From assembly GCA_964651145.1 (NCBI GenBank), contig CAZYVR010000002.1, positions 63-64,062 on the forward strand: a stretch of DNA of 64,000 nucleotides, written 5' to 3'. The translations under genes and the position numbers were made by a program. The notes under the pieces were generated by a model. The model saw only the letters and a list, made by a program, of their open reading frames with translations. It did not search any database and had not been told where the DNA came from. The number at the start of each line of letters is the position of its first letter. The first letter of the stretch is position 1. Positions 26,502-34,252 of this stretch are shown piece after piece. The stretch comes from an uncultured Victivallales bacterium. Its GTDB lineage: Bacteria; Verrucomicrobiota; Lentisphaeria; Victivallales; GWF2-45-14.

Positions 26502-27899
26502 TTATCTCAGGCTTGGCAAGCTGGCGGCTGTCACTGCCTGGCCGTGGCGTTTGCTTTGCTCGTCAGGAGTGCGGAATGACAGTTCTTGAGCTAGATCAGG
26601 GAATTCTTCTTTCAGGACTTCTTCGGCTTTGGAGAGGATCAGATCGCCGCCTTTGCCGGAGGTCACGCGTCCCAGTATAAGCAAGTTGCGCATAGAGTAA
26701 AACTCAGCGTAATGCGCGATTGTGTATGCAAAATACACTCCGATGGTTTCGTATATCTTGCTGGCGCGCTCGTCGCCGTTTGCCATCAGCTCCTGAACTT
26801 TTTCAAGACGTTCAGGGAAGGGCATTTCATCCGGGAACTCCAATCCTGCGGCCGGGGCAAGCCTGGCCACTGCCTGCTGAGAGAAATATTGCACTCCGCA
26901 TCCGGCGTCGCCGGACCATTCGTCAAGCGGCGCGTTGTCGCGATAGTCAACCGGAACAAAAGCCAATTCGTTCAGCCAGTCGGTTATATTTCCGTCTGGA
27001 GTCACATATCCAGCCGCCTCGCTGGTGCCCATAGAGATGCCGAGAACGGCGTTGTCGCCCATTGATATTGCTCCTGCCAGAGCGGTTACTTCGCCGTCGT
27101 TGACAACTACCACCGGGATGTTGTTCCATTCCTTTTGAAGCTCTATGAATATGTTCTCCACATGATTTTTGAAGTCATCCTCGGATACTCCGCGGAACAA
27201 TGAGGCTATGCGGACTTTGTTGTTCACGTAGACTCCGGCTGCGCTTCCGCCTATGGCGTCGACGCGCGGAAGTTTCTCGGCCGCGCGTTTAAGAGAATCC
27301 CGGATGCCTGCCTTGTGATATTCCGGGTCTTTCTCGAAGTATGGGTCCCATTTTATTTCTTCGGTGAATACTACTTCTCCGTCTTTGAGCGCCGCGCATT
27401 TGCGGTCGGAGCCGCCTAGGTCGAAACCTATTCGGCATCCGTCCATATTTCCGCCGAGCTTTACGTCGATCTCATGCGATGCTGGCATATCTTCGAGGGG
27501 GGAGCTTTTTACTTCAAATTTGTCTGCGTAGATCTTTCCCATTATGTCATGGTCAAATTCGCGCGCTCCTCCCGGAGAGTAGATATTTGCGATTTCTTTG
27601 GCCAGTTCTTTGTTTCCGGCTATGGTTATTTTGTATCCGCCCTTGAGCCAGAGCAAGGCTTTTAGCATGCGTTCTACGTATTTCAAATTAAGCTCTCTGT
27701 ATTCAGCCGTGTGTGGAAACACGCTGGACGCGTAGGTGGATACAGTTCCGCCTGTTCTCTCCAGCGACATCAGCAGTTTTTCGCCTATGCCGGACAGGCT
27801 TACGGCTTTGCGATATTCATTGTTCCAGATAATCGCAGGTTGAAAGTCAGGGTCGAGGACGGGGATTGTTCCAGGGATTGCGGTAATTGTTTTTATCAT
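26502..27899 (-). CDS. ROK-fold sugar kinase-like protein with an N-terminal extension
   Basis: IGFDLGGSDRK, IGGSAAGV, VVNDGEVTALAG, LGISMGTSEAAG; directly upstream of nagA. Confidence 0.75.
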   Translation of the reverse strand: MIKTITAIPGTIPVLDPDFQPAIIWNNEYRKAVSLSGIGEKLLMSLERTGGTVSTYASSVFPHTAEYRELNLKYVERMLKALLWLKGGYKITIAGNKELAKEIANIYSPGGAREFDHDIMGKIYADKFEVKSSPLEDMPASHEIDVKLGGNMDGCRIGFDLGGSDRKCAALKDGEVVFTEEIKWDPYFEKDPEYHKAGIRDSLKRAAEKLPRVDAIGGSAAGVYVNNKVRIASLFRGVSEDDFKNHVENIFIELQKEWNNIPVVVVNDGEVTALAGAISMGDNAVLGISMGTSEAAGYVTPDGNITDWLNELAFVPVDYRDNAPLDEWSGDAGCGVQYFSQQAVARLAPAAGLEFPDEMPFPERLEKVQELMANGDERASKIYETIGVYFAYTIAHYAEFYSMRNLLILGRVTSGKGGDLILSKAEEVLKEEFPDLAQELSFRTPDEQSKRHGQAVTAASLPSLR

Positions 27900-27924
27900 G
27901 GCTGCTCCTTGCTTTTACATTTAT

Positions 27925-27959
27925 TTATGAGTTTATAGAAATTATCTGCAAACTCATAA
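27925..27959. promoter_or_regulatory. Inverted repeat upstream of the ROK gene (terminator of the upstream gene or operator)
   Basis: Arms ttatgagttt (27925-34) and aaactcataa (27950-59) with further internal pairing. Confidence 0.45.
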
Positions 27960-27976
27960 TATATCTCAAAGTTCTT

Positions 27977-29197
27977 TTAATCGCCAGTTCTGGAATATTT
28001 TTTATCCAAAATTACTTTCTGTTTTTTCAATTGCGCCTGAAGTTTGCTTATGTCCAAGTCTTTGAAGCTTCCGATTTTTGTTGAGCTCAGCATTGCGGCG
28101 GCGGTTCCGGCCGCTTCGCCAGTCACAGCGCATGTGGGGATTACGCGGGTTATGTCCCAGCCTGTTCTGCCGGATGACATGCAGCGTCCCGCGGTTATCA
28201 GATTGTCGGTTTTTACAGCGGCAAGCGATCTAAGTGGAATATAAAAGATTGGGCCATTATTCCTCCAGTCCCCGGTCATCCCCACAGTGTCGTCAAAATA
28301 GCGCTTGTCGTCGCTTTCCTCAAGCTCAACGCTTCCCTGCAGGCGCCGCGTCATTCGGAACGCCGGGATTGCCGTCATAAAGAGGGGGGATATTGCGGAG
28401 TTTTCTTTTTTTAGATCTTTAAGGCGTTTCTTTATAAGCTTTCTGGTTTCCAGCGTGAATTCGGTCACATCATCCGCGTAATGTCCGGCAAAGCCTCTTT
28501 CGCCATTGGGGGCTTTTGTCGCAAATTTGTCATATTTTCTGGAAAACGTATTCAGCACAATCTTGGAGCCGTCAAAATGATAAAACCAACTGGAGCGCGT
28601 GTTGGCGTCTGAAGCCACTGTGTTTTCCCCGGCGCGCCAGCAGACATCCGCGTCGCCGGACGCGTCTACAACCGAGCCGCATTGCATTGCAGTTCTGCCG
28701 TCTTTGTTCTCCACTATAACGGCTTCTATGCTGTTTCCATTTTTGACAACTTCGCAGAAGCGGGTGTCATAATAAAGCTTGATCTTATTTTTTTCGATAA
28801 GGCTTTCCAGCTCGAGCATAAAAGTCATAGGGTTGAAATCTACGCGGTATCTGTCCTGCTTGCGCAGGTTTGCGTTTCCGCCATTTTTCCAGCCTTCAGG
28901 TATTTCGTCATAGTTGTCGCTGATCGAAAGTTTAAGCAGTTCTTCGCCGAGGCCTTTGATTACCTGATTGCCCATGCCATCGCAAAGCGGCAGATATATG
29001 ATCACATTTCCGAGAGTTGCGAGTCCGCCAAGGGCGTTTTCTTTTTCTATCAGGCATACGCTTGCCGAGTTGCGCGCCGCCGCCACTGCCGCCGTCACGC
29101 CGGCGATGCCGCCGCCAACCACCACAACGTCGTATTTGCCTGCTACTGGAATTCGCGTTGCCGGCTCAGTGATGTATTTTTTCATTCTCGATGCCAT
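27977..29197 (-). CDS. FAD-dependent oxidoreductase (PF12831-like)
   Basis: DVVVVGGGIAGVTAAVAAAR; LGGLAT.G; VVDASGDAD; YIPLRSL...NLITAGRCMS; TRV...C..TGEAAGTAA. Confidence 0.85.
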   Translation of the reverse strand: MASRMKKYITEPATRIPVAGKYDVVVVGGGIAGVTAAVAAARNSASVCLIEKENALGGLATLGNVIIYLPLCDGMGNQVIKGLGEELLKLSISDNYDEIPEGWKNGGNANLRKQDRYRVDFNPMTFMLELESLIEKNKIKLYYDTRFCEVVKNGNSIEAVIVENKDGRTAMQCGSVVDASGDADVCWRAGENTVASDANTRSSWFYHFDGSKIVLNTFSRKYDKFATKAPNGERGFAGHYADDVTEFTLETRKLIKKRLKDLKKENSAISPLFMTAIPAFRMTRRLQGSVELEESDDKRYFDDTVGMTGDWRNNGPIFYIPLRSLAAVKTDNLITAGRCMSSGRTGWDITRVIPTCAVTGEAAGTAAAMLSSTKIGSFKDLDISKLQAQLKKQKVILDKKYSRTGD

Positions 29198-29921
29198 GAT
29201 CAAATTTCCTTTCAATGAGTGAAGCTTTAGGCTCGTCTTTAAATTTTATTTTTATTGCGTTTACTTTGTATTTTCCTTGCACAACCCAGGCTCCTATAAA
29301 TTCTTCCAGGCTTTTGCGACAGTTTTCGAGGACTATTTCCATATGGGACTTGTCCACTGCTTTTTTGCTTAGCTCCGAGGATAAGTCGCGTTCAAGGTCT
29401 TTGAGCATTTTTTCTTCCCCGAACACAAGCCAGCCATTGTTCGTTTTTCTTTCCAGGCGTGAGGTATCTATCGCCGGCGGCCCAGCCTGCAGACGCGGCG
29501 CTTGAATATAGAGTATGTCGTCTTTCAGCAAGAGACTCCATTCTCCTTTCATGTCCACAAAGTATGTGTAGGTGACCGGGCAACGGATAATGACGGACGC
29601 GCTTCCTTCTATAGGATCTTTTTTTAATGGAAACTTGTAGGATCGTTTGACGGTGTTCTTGACCATTTCATTAGTGGTTCTGGTTGCCAGCTCAAGGTTT
29701 GCCACGCGAGTGATTTTTTCTGTGTAGTCGTGAAATTCTTTTGTCAAGGTCTCGTGAATCTGGATTGCGCTTTGATTGGAGATAAATTTGTAAACCGCAA
29801 AGGTTGTTGCCAGAATGGCGACCATTGTTATAGTCAGGCATGAGAACAAAGCAAAGAAAATGCCTCCTATTGCTCCCTTGTTTCTGAATATATTTTGCTT
29901 GTCGCTTGTGTTGCTGTCCAT
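29166..29921 (-). CDS. Membrane-anchored hypothetical protein, DUF4230-like
   Basis: N-terminal TM helix; ANLELAT...P..Y.YFVD....W......LYI..P..Q...P.IDT; ENCRKSLEEF. Confidence 0.55.
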   Translation of the reverse strand: MDSNTSDKQNIFRNKGAIGGIFFALFSCLTITMVAILATTFAVYKFISNQSAIQIHETLTKEFHDYTEKITRVANLELATRTTNEMVKNTVKRSYKFPLKKDPIEGSASVIIRCPVTYTYFVDMKGEWSLLLKDDILYIQAPRLQAGPPAIDTSRLERKTNNGWLVFGEEKMLKDLERDLSSELSKKAVDKSHMEIVLENCRKSLEEFIGAWVVQGKYKVNAIKIKFKDEPKASLIERKFDHGIENEKIHH

Positions 29922-30067
29922 AAAAATGCTTAAAAACCTGTTTGTTTGCGAACTATAATCTAATCGGAATGAACGCCGCCGTCAACAGACTGGAAACGAA
30001 AAGACAACAAATAATAGACTTCATGTAATGTAATGGCGCCACTAAAAGTCTTGAAAAATAAAAAAGC

Positions 30068-30313
30068 TGTAATTCCTCAGTGAAAGAGTTTTTTAAAAGC
30101 AAAAACATGCCTCCGGGGGCTTCCCCGGACGCTTGCCGGGGCGGAATACCGGCTAGCCGCGCGGCAATGAGCGCTCGCCAAGGGCGAAAGTCATAGCTGT
30201 TTAATGTCGCCGCGACAGCGTGCACGGCGCATTGGGAGCCTGAAGCTTATTTCAAAGCGAAGCGGGAAATAAGCTAAGCTTGACAGTTGCGTCAGCTTCA
30301 CTGAGGGATTACA
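30068..30313. mobile_element. 246 bp MITE-like non-autonomous element
   Basis: Left end TGTAATTCCTCAGTGAA (30068-84); right end TTCACTGAGGGATTACA (30297-313, reverse complement TGTAATCCCTCAGTGAA, 16/17 match); flanked by direct repeat AAAAGC (30062-67 and 30314-19); no transposase inside. Confidence 0.8.
30113..30251 (+). repeat. Structured motif, copy A (inside the MITE)
   Basis: Ordered hairpins and motifs shared with 61438-61556: CCGG hairpin + ACGC, stem with GGCGGAAT loop, GGC(G)AAAG, AGCTGTT..GCGACAGC, GGCGC, AGCCTG..GCTT.TT. Confidence 0.7.
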
Positions 30314-30352
30314 AAAAGCTAAAGAAAGGCCCCAATAAGATTGATGTGTCTC

Positions 30353-30381
30353 TTGACAAGAGCAGGGCAAGGCTTTTATAT
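30353..30381 (+). promoter_or_regulatory. Putative sigma70 promoter
   Basis: TTGACA-N17-TTATAT upstream of the small ORF at 30419. Confidence 0.45.
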
Positions 30382-30418
30382 ATGAGCAATAAAAAGAAAA
30401 AATAGAAGAGTCTTTTCA

Positions 30419-30544
30419 ATGAGAAGTCTTTTGATGGCGTCAATCTTTGTTTTCTGTGTTCAAGCCGTTTCTTTTGTCGGAGGCTGTAAAGCAGTTCGGG
30501 AATGGGCGCAAAAACTTTTTAAAGACAAGGGGAATGTGAGATGA
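30419..30544 (+). CDS. Small putative lipoprotein/secreted peptide (41 aa), not in the ORF track
   Basis: MRSLLMASIFVFCVQAVSFVGGCKAVREWAQKLFKDKGNVR; hydrophobic stretch then VGGC; stop overlaps the next start (ATGA). Confidence 0.5.
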   Translation: MRSLLMASIFVFCVQAVSFVGGCKAVREWAQKLFKDKGNVR

Positions 30545-32025
30545 GCGATTTGGATAAACAGTTTTCAGGAACCGAAGCCAGTTTTTTGCGCGCTGGCGTG
30601 GGCAAATGCGATATAACCACCACTGAAAAAGGGGTGGCTGTGAATGACCCTTTGTACGCCAAAGCTCTGGTTTTGGACGATGGGAAAATCAAGGTTGCCA
30701 TCATTGTCATGGACGCTGTGGCTATAGGCGGAATATGCGATATAAAGGACGACTTTCTGCCTAAGCTTCGCAGCCGCATTGAAAAAGAATTAAAGATCCC
30801 GGGCCGAAACATCCTGGTCAACGCGTCTCATACTCACACCGCTGAACCGATGCTTTGCGAAGACGCGGAGCAGCTTGAAAGAACATTTGACGCCGTCAGC
30901 CAGGCTCTGAGAAATATGGTCGAAGTAAAGGTCGGCGCGGGCTCCGGCTATGAAGACCGAATTATGATAAACCGCACTCTCAGGCTGAAAAACGGCCAGT
31001 CATGGACGATTCGGCATAGCAATCCTTGCCCTCCCGATGAAGAGGTCGAAAGTCTTGGGCCGGTCGATCCGGAAATAGGCTTGCTTCGATTTGACCGGAT
31101 GGATGGCAGTCCTCTGGCGGTGGTTTACAATTTTGCCTGTCATCCATTGATAGGTGTTCCCGGAGGCGGAGTAACCGCCAATTATCCTGGCTTTGCGTCA
31201 AAAGTTATTGAAGACAATCTGGGCAATGACGCCATGGCTCTGTTTCTGCAGGGAGCTGGCGGTGACATAACCGAGGTTCTTTACAAAGACGTCAATCGCC
31301 CAAGAGACTCTGAGCCAATCGGGCGAATGCTGGGCTTGAGCGCCTTGAAGGCCTTGAAGGATATACAGGTTAAAGATGCAGCGCTGAGTGTTATTTCCGA
31401 AACGATAGAGCTTCCGAGAAGAACCGATATTCCTGAGCGCATTGAAGCGTTGCGGGTCGAACAGGATGAATTGCTCGAGTCATTGAGGTTTGTCAGCCTG
31501 AACTTAAAGGCCTTTCTCCCTTTGTATATAAAACACGCCCTTGACCCTGGCTTCCCTTTGGATTATTCCTACAGGTACTTCCAGGCGGAAAAGATTGGCG
31601 ACGATGGGCTTGTTGATATGGATTCCGTGAACAGGGAAAACATCAAGAAATATCTAAACAACATTCGAGCCATGGAAAAACTGGCCAGGATTCAGGACAA
31701 AATAGCAACCTTGAAAAGGCATCAGGCGATTAATGACGAATCCGGCAAATCCACAATATTGGCAGAGGTTCAGGGCATTAAAATAGGAGACTGCGTGCTG
31801 ATAACTTCTCCTAATGAGGCGCTTGTCGAAGTCGGTTTGAATCTTAAAAAGTCATCTCCATATGAGCACACCTTTATGGCTGCTTTTTCAAATGGCTATA
31901 TGCACTACGGCCCTCCCGCCAGCTACTACGACAGGGGCGGCTACGAAGTCACAGAGTGTTTCCTTGCTCCCGAATGGCACAAAAAATATGAGGACAAAGC
32001 CAACGACATAATCCAAAGGCTGTGA
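30541..32025 (+). CDS. Neutral/alkaline ceramidase N-terminal-domain family hydrolase (function unknown)
   Basis: LRAGVGKCDIT..DPLYAKALVLDDG; NASHTHT; YNFACHP; ANYPG; FLQGAGGD; NGYMHY.P...YYD.GGYEV. Confidence 0.7.
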   Translation: MSDLDKQFSGTEASFLRAGVGKCDITTTEKGVAVNDPLYAKALVLDDGKIKVAIIVMDAVAIGGICDIKDDFLPKLRSRIEKELKIPGRNILVNASHTHTAEPMLCEDAEQLERTFDAVSQALRNMVEVKVGAGSGYEDRIMINRTLRLKNGQSWTIRHSNPCPPDEEVESLGPVDPEIGLLRFDRMDGSPLAVVYNFACHPLIGVPGGGVTANYPGFASKVIEDNLGNDAMALFLQGAGGDITEVLYKDVNRPRDSEPIGRMLGLSALKALKDIQVKDAALSVISETIELPRRTDIPERIEALRVEQDELLESLRFVSLNLKAFLPLYIKHALDPGFPLDYSYRYFQAEKIGDDGLVDMDSVNRENIKKYLNNIRAMEKLARIQDKIATLKRHQAINDESGKSTILAEVQGIKIGDCVLITSPNEALVEVGLNLKKSSPYEHTFMAAFSNGYMHYGPPASYYDRGGYEVTECFLAPEWHKKYEDKANDIIQRL

Positions 32026-32191
32026 TCTGTAGAATGCTTGGGCAATTGAGGTCAGCTTTAGCAAAAGTCCGAAACATATCTGGCGGAGCTCCCGAATATA
32101 CTGCTGACGCGTCCAATTGAAAACAAAAGGCATATGTGATATTTTATAACAGAAAGAACAAACGTAAAAATGCCATTTTACACAAAATTAA

Positions 32192-32650
32192 TTACTCAGC
32201 CGATATCGTTTTTTCTTTTTTGAGATATTCATTCAAGATTGTTTCCATCTGAGATAATCTCTTCTTCGCCTCTTTTATTTTTTGGGCGACAGGAACATCC
32301 TTGCCTTTAGGGATTCCCTTTGTTGAATAAGGATTTATATAATGGGCCCATTTCACTCTGTTGTGCTCATAACGGACAAGTAGAGTTCCGTTTTTGCATA
32401 GCTGATATTTTCGGAATGGTGAATCAGCAGGAATTATCTTTTTGGGGATTTTACTGTTTGAGGCCAATTGCCCCTCTCCGAAAAAAAACTCCACATCTTC
32501 TTCTACAGAGCCAACCGCAGGTGTGCATTTTTTTTCAAGTTCTTCAATTTGGGTTTGGAGCTGGTTTAATTGTTCATTCAGGTTTTCCAGCGCGAAGCTA
32601 GCCATGGATACAAAAAATAGAACGATTGTTGATAGAAATGCTTTTTTCAT
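32192..32650 (-). CDS. Secreted hypothetical protein
   Basis: Signal peptide MKKAFLSTIVLFFVSMASFA; GGAGG RBS; coiled-coil-like ends. Confidence 0.7.
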   Translation of the reverse strand: MKKAFLSTIVLFFVSMASFALENLNEQLNQLQTQIEELEKKCTPAVGSVEEDVEFFFGEGQLASNSKIPKKIIPADSPFRKYQLCKNGTLLVRYEHNRVKWAHYINPYSTKGIPKGKDVPVAQKIKEAKKRLSQMETILNEYLKKEKTISAE

Positions 32651-32757
32651 TCTCCCCTCCGAACATATCCTTATGTTTATATAAATTAAGCCCGGCAACT
32701 TCAAATTCAAGGTGATTGTTTCAGCTCAAGTAATGCTGCCGCAACATTATCCTTCAG

Positions 32758-33267
32758 TTATTCCTCCAATATTGCCTCAAATCTTTTTTTCACGAGGATA
32801 GCTTCTTCTTTTTTCCATTTTGTAGAGAAATTATCTTGTCTGAGAGATTCAACCGCCTGGGCATAACAGCGTTTCGCCATTTTCCGGAAGTGCGCTCCAA
32901 AACTTCTCAAATATACACAGTAAATAATATTTGATATTGAACACAAAATAAGGATTACGAAAAGGGCCGCTATAATTTTCGTCTTATATCTTACAACAAG
33001 CCTTATTTGAAAAACTGTGAGCCCAAAGAACATACAGGAAATAAAGAGGATTAGGTCAATAGCGGTGAATCCGAAGAAGAAGCTTTTTTTACCGCCAGCC
33101 CCACAGAGTCCAATGCTCTCAGAATAAAAAAACATCGACAAAACGTGAACAAATGTATGAAATGTCCAGAAGAGTATGATGTAAAGCGTCAGTTCAGACT
33201 GGGCATAATATTTAGCGTTCTTGTTTTCATTCGTTTTCTGGTTTTCTGCGAATTGTCCAAAACACAT
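32758..33267 (-). CDS. Hypothetical membrane protein (start uncertain)
   Basis: Three hydrophobic segments; AT-rich; the N-terminus of the ORF overlaps the upstream gene, so the true start is probably later. Confidence 0.45.
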   Translation of the reverse strand: MCFGQFAENQKTNENKNAKYYAQSELTLYIILFWTFHTFVHVLSMFFYSESIGLCGAGGKKSFFFGFTAIDLILFISCMFFGLTVFQIRLVVRYKTKIIAALFVILILCSISNIIYCVYLRSFGAHFRKMAKRCYAQAVESLRQDNFSTKWKKEEAILVKKRFEAILEE

Positions 33268-33589
33268 AGACCAACACGCCTCCGAGCAAAGAGTTTAAAA
33301 GGAAGGATATGCCAAAAAACATGCCAAGAATCCACAATGGGCCGCCGGGAAGGAAAAGGAACATATATAGAAACTGACCAAGATAAATGCCGAGCGTGGA
33401 AAACCAAAAACGTGGAGGATTTGGAAACGCGGCAAGAACACCCGCAACAAAAAGGCAAAGGCAATAAGTCATTATGGGGCCATCCCATGGTTCAATTTCA
33501 CCCGAAAGAAACGGAGATGCCCACCAGATGGTTGCGCCTAATAAAATCCCCCAGATAAAAGAAGAGAATATTTCAAACCCCTTTTTCAT
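33227..33589 (-). CDS. Small four-TM hypothetical membrane protein
   Basis: 120 aa, four hydrophobic segments, GGGAGA RBS; EIEPWDG and PGGPLW motifs. Confidence 0.7.
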   Translation of the reverse strand: MKKGFEIFSSFIWGILLGATIWWASPFLSGEIEPWDGPIMTYCLCLFVAGVLAAFPNPPRFWFSTLGIYLGQFLYMFLFLPGGPLWILGMFFGISFLLNSLLGGVLVYVFWTIRRKPENE

Positions 33590-33628
33590 AGAAGTCTCCC
33601 TATTTTAAACTGCAAATAACTAATAAAA

Positions 33629-33796
33629 CTACCCTGTGCCGTCTTTAATGTCAAGGCGGAGAAGCATGTCAATTTATGCTCTGGCAAACTTGAGGCCCTC
33701 TGCCAGAGAAGAGGCTCCAACGCCCAACTGTTCGAGATTCTCCCCCCTCGAGGAACTCTCTTCATTTTTTGTAGTGCTCCTGTTATCGTCTTTCAC
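33629..33796 (-). pseudogene. Possible decayed response-regulator receiver-domain fragment
   Basis: One frame reads ..ENLEQLGVGASSLAEGLKFARA*IDMLLRLDIKDGTG*, resembling receiver GEAxSxxEAL..PDxxLLDIxLxDGxG, with an internal stop. Confidence 0.35.
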
Positions 33797-33832
33797 AAAA
33801 AAAATGAGCCCCGATATGAATATTCGGGGCTC
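33797..33832 (-). terminator. Intrinsic terminator
   Basis: gagccccga / tcggggctc 9 bp stem (33806-33832) followed on minus by a T8 run. Confidence 0.8.
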
Positions 33833-33920
33833 TGTTAAAATGTTTTTTACCGAATAAAACGTTAGTCCATCTGGCGCGCTTTATCGAAAATAGGTGCCAC
33901 TATAGGCATCTCCTTTATTA

Positions 33921-34130
33921 TTAGGTGCTTGTGTTTAAATTATTGCACTTTTTGGGCGTCCTGGTTTGCGTGGCGCAAGGCGTCCCTTTGCCTACCGTAA
34001 GGAACTTAATTTCTTTTACGGAACCTTCCAAAGATAGCAGGTCATCATCTCCAGTTACAATGAATAAGGATCGATTGTTTTTTTCCAAATGTCTATTTTC
34101 TCTCAAAGTTGACTTTTTGTGGCTTTCTTC
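33921..34130 (-). pseudogene. PIN-domain toxin C-terminal remnant
   Basis: LFIVTGDDDLLSL....EIKFLT matches the PIN tail IVTGDxDLLxL..I.ILT; the N-terminal acidic PIN residues are not evident. Confidence 0.4.
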
Positions 34131-34252
34131 AGCCAAGTATTTTGCAATATGCTTCTTTTTTACTGGAAAAATCTCCAAGTTGAGGCAAATTATAGCTTGA
34201 TTGCTTATTCGCAATGGAAAGAACAAGTTTAATATTTAAGGAGTTTATACTG

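Noticed and set aside
29969-30028. 19 aa ORF MNAAVNRLETKRQQIIDFM just before the MITE
   Set aside because: Too short, with no clear RBS; resemblance to a truncated gene start cannot be supported without a search
30165-30192. Hammerhead-like ATGAG...GCGAAA within motif copy A
   Set aside because: It lacks the CUGA core, the stem II register does not fit, and the feature is absent from copy B
29953-30225. 90 aa minus-strand ORF from the track
   Set aside because: It runs across the MITE left end and hairpin core, has no RBS or family motif, and is most likely a by-product of the GC-rich element
32700-33660. Integron cassette array for the small AT-rich ORFs
   Set aside because: No paired RYYYAAC...GTTRRRY attC sites bounding the ORFs and no integrase in the window; only isolated hairpins
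33900-34252. CIRCE/HrcA operator upstream of htpG
   Set aside because: No TTAGCACTC-N9-GAGTGCTAA-like sequence seen
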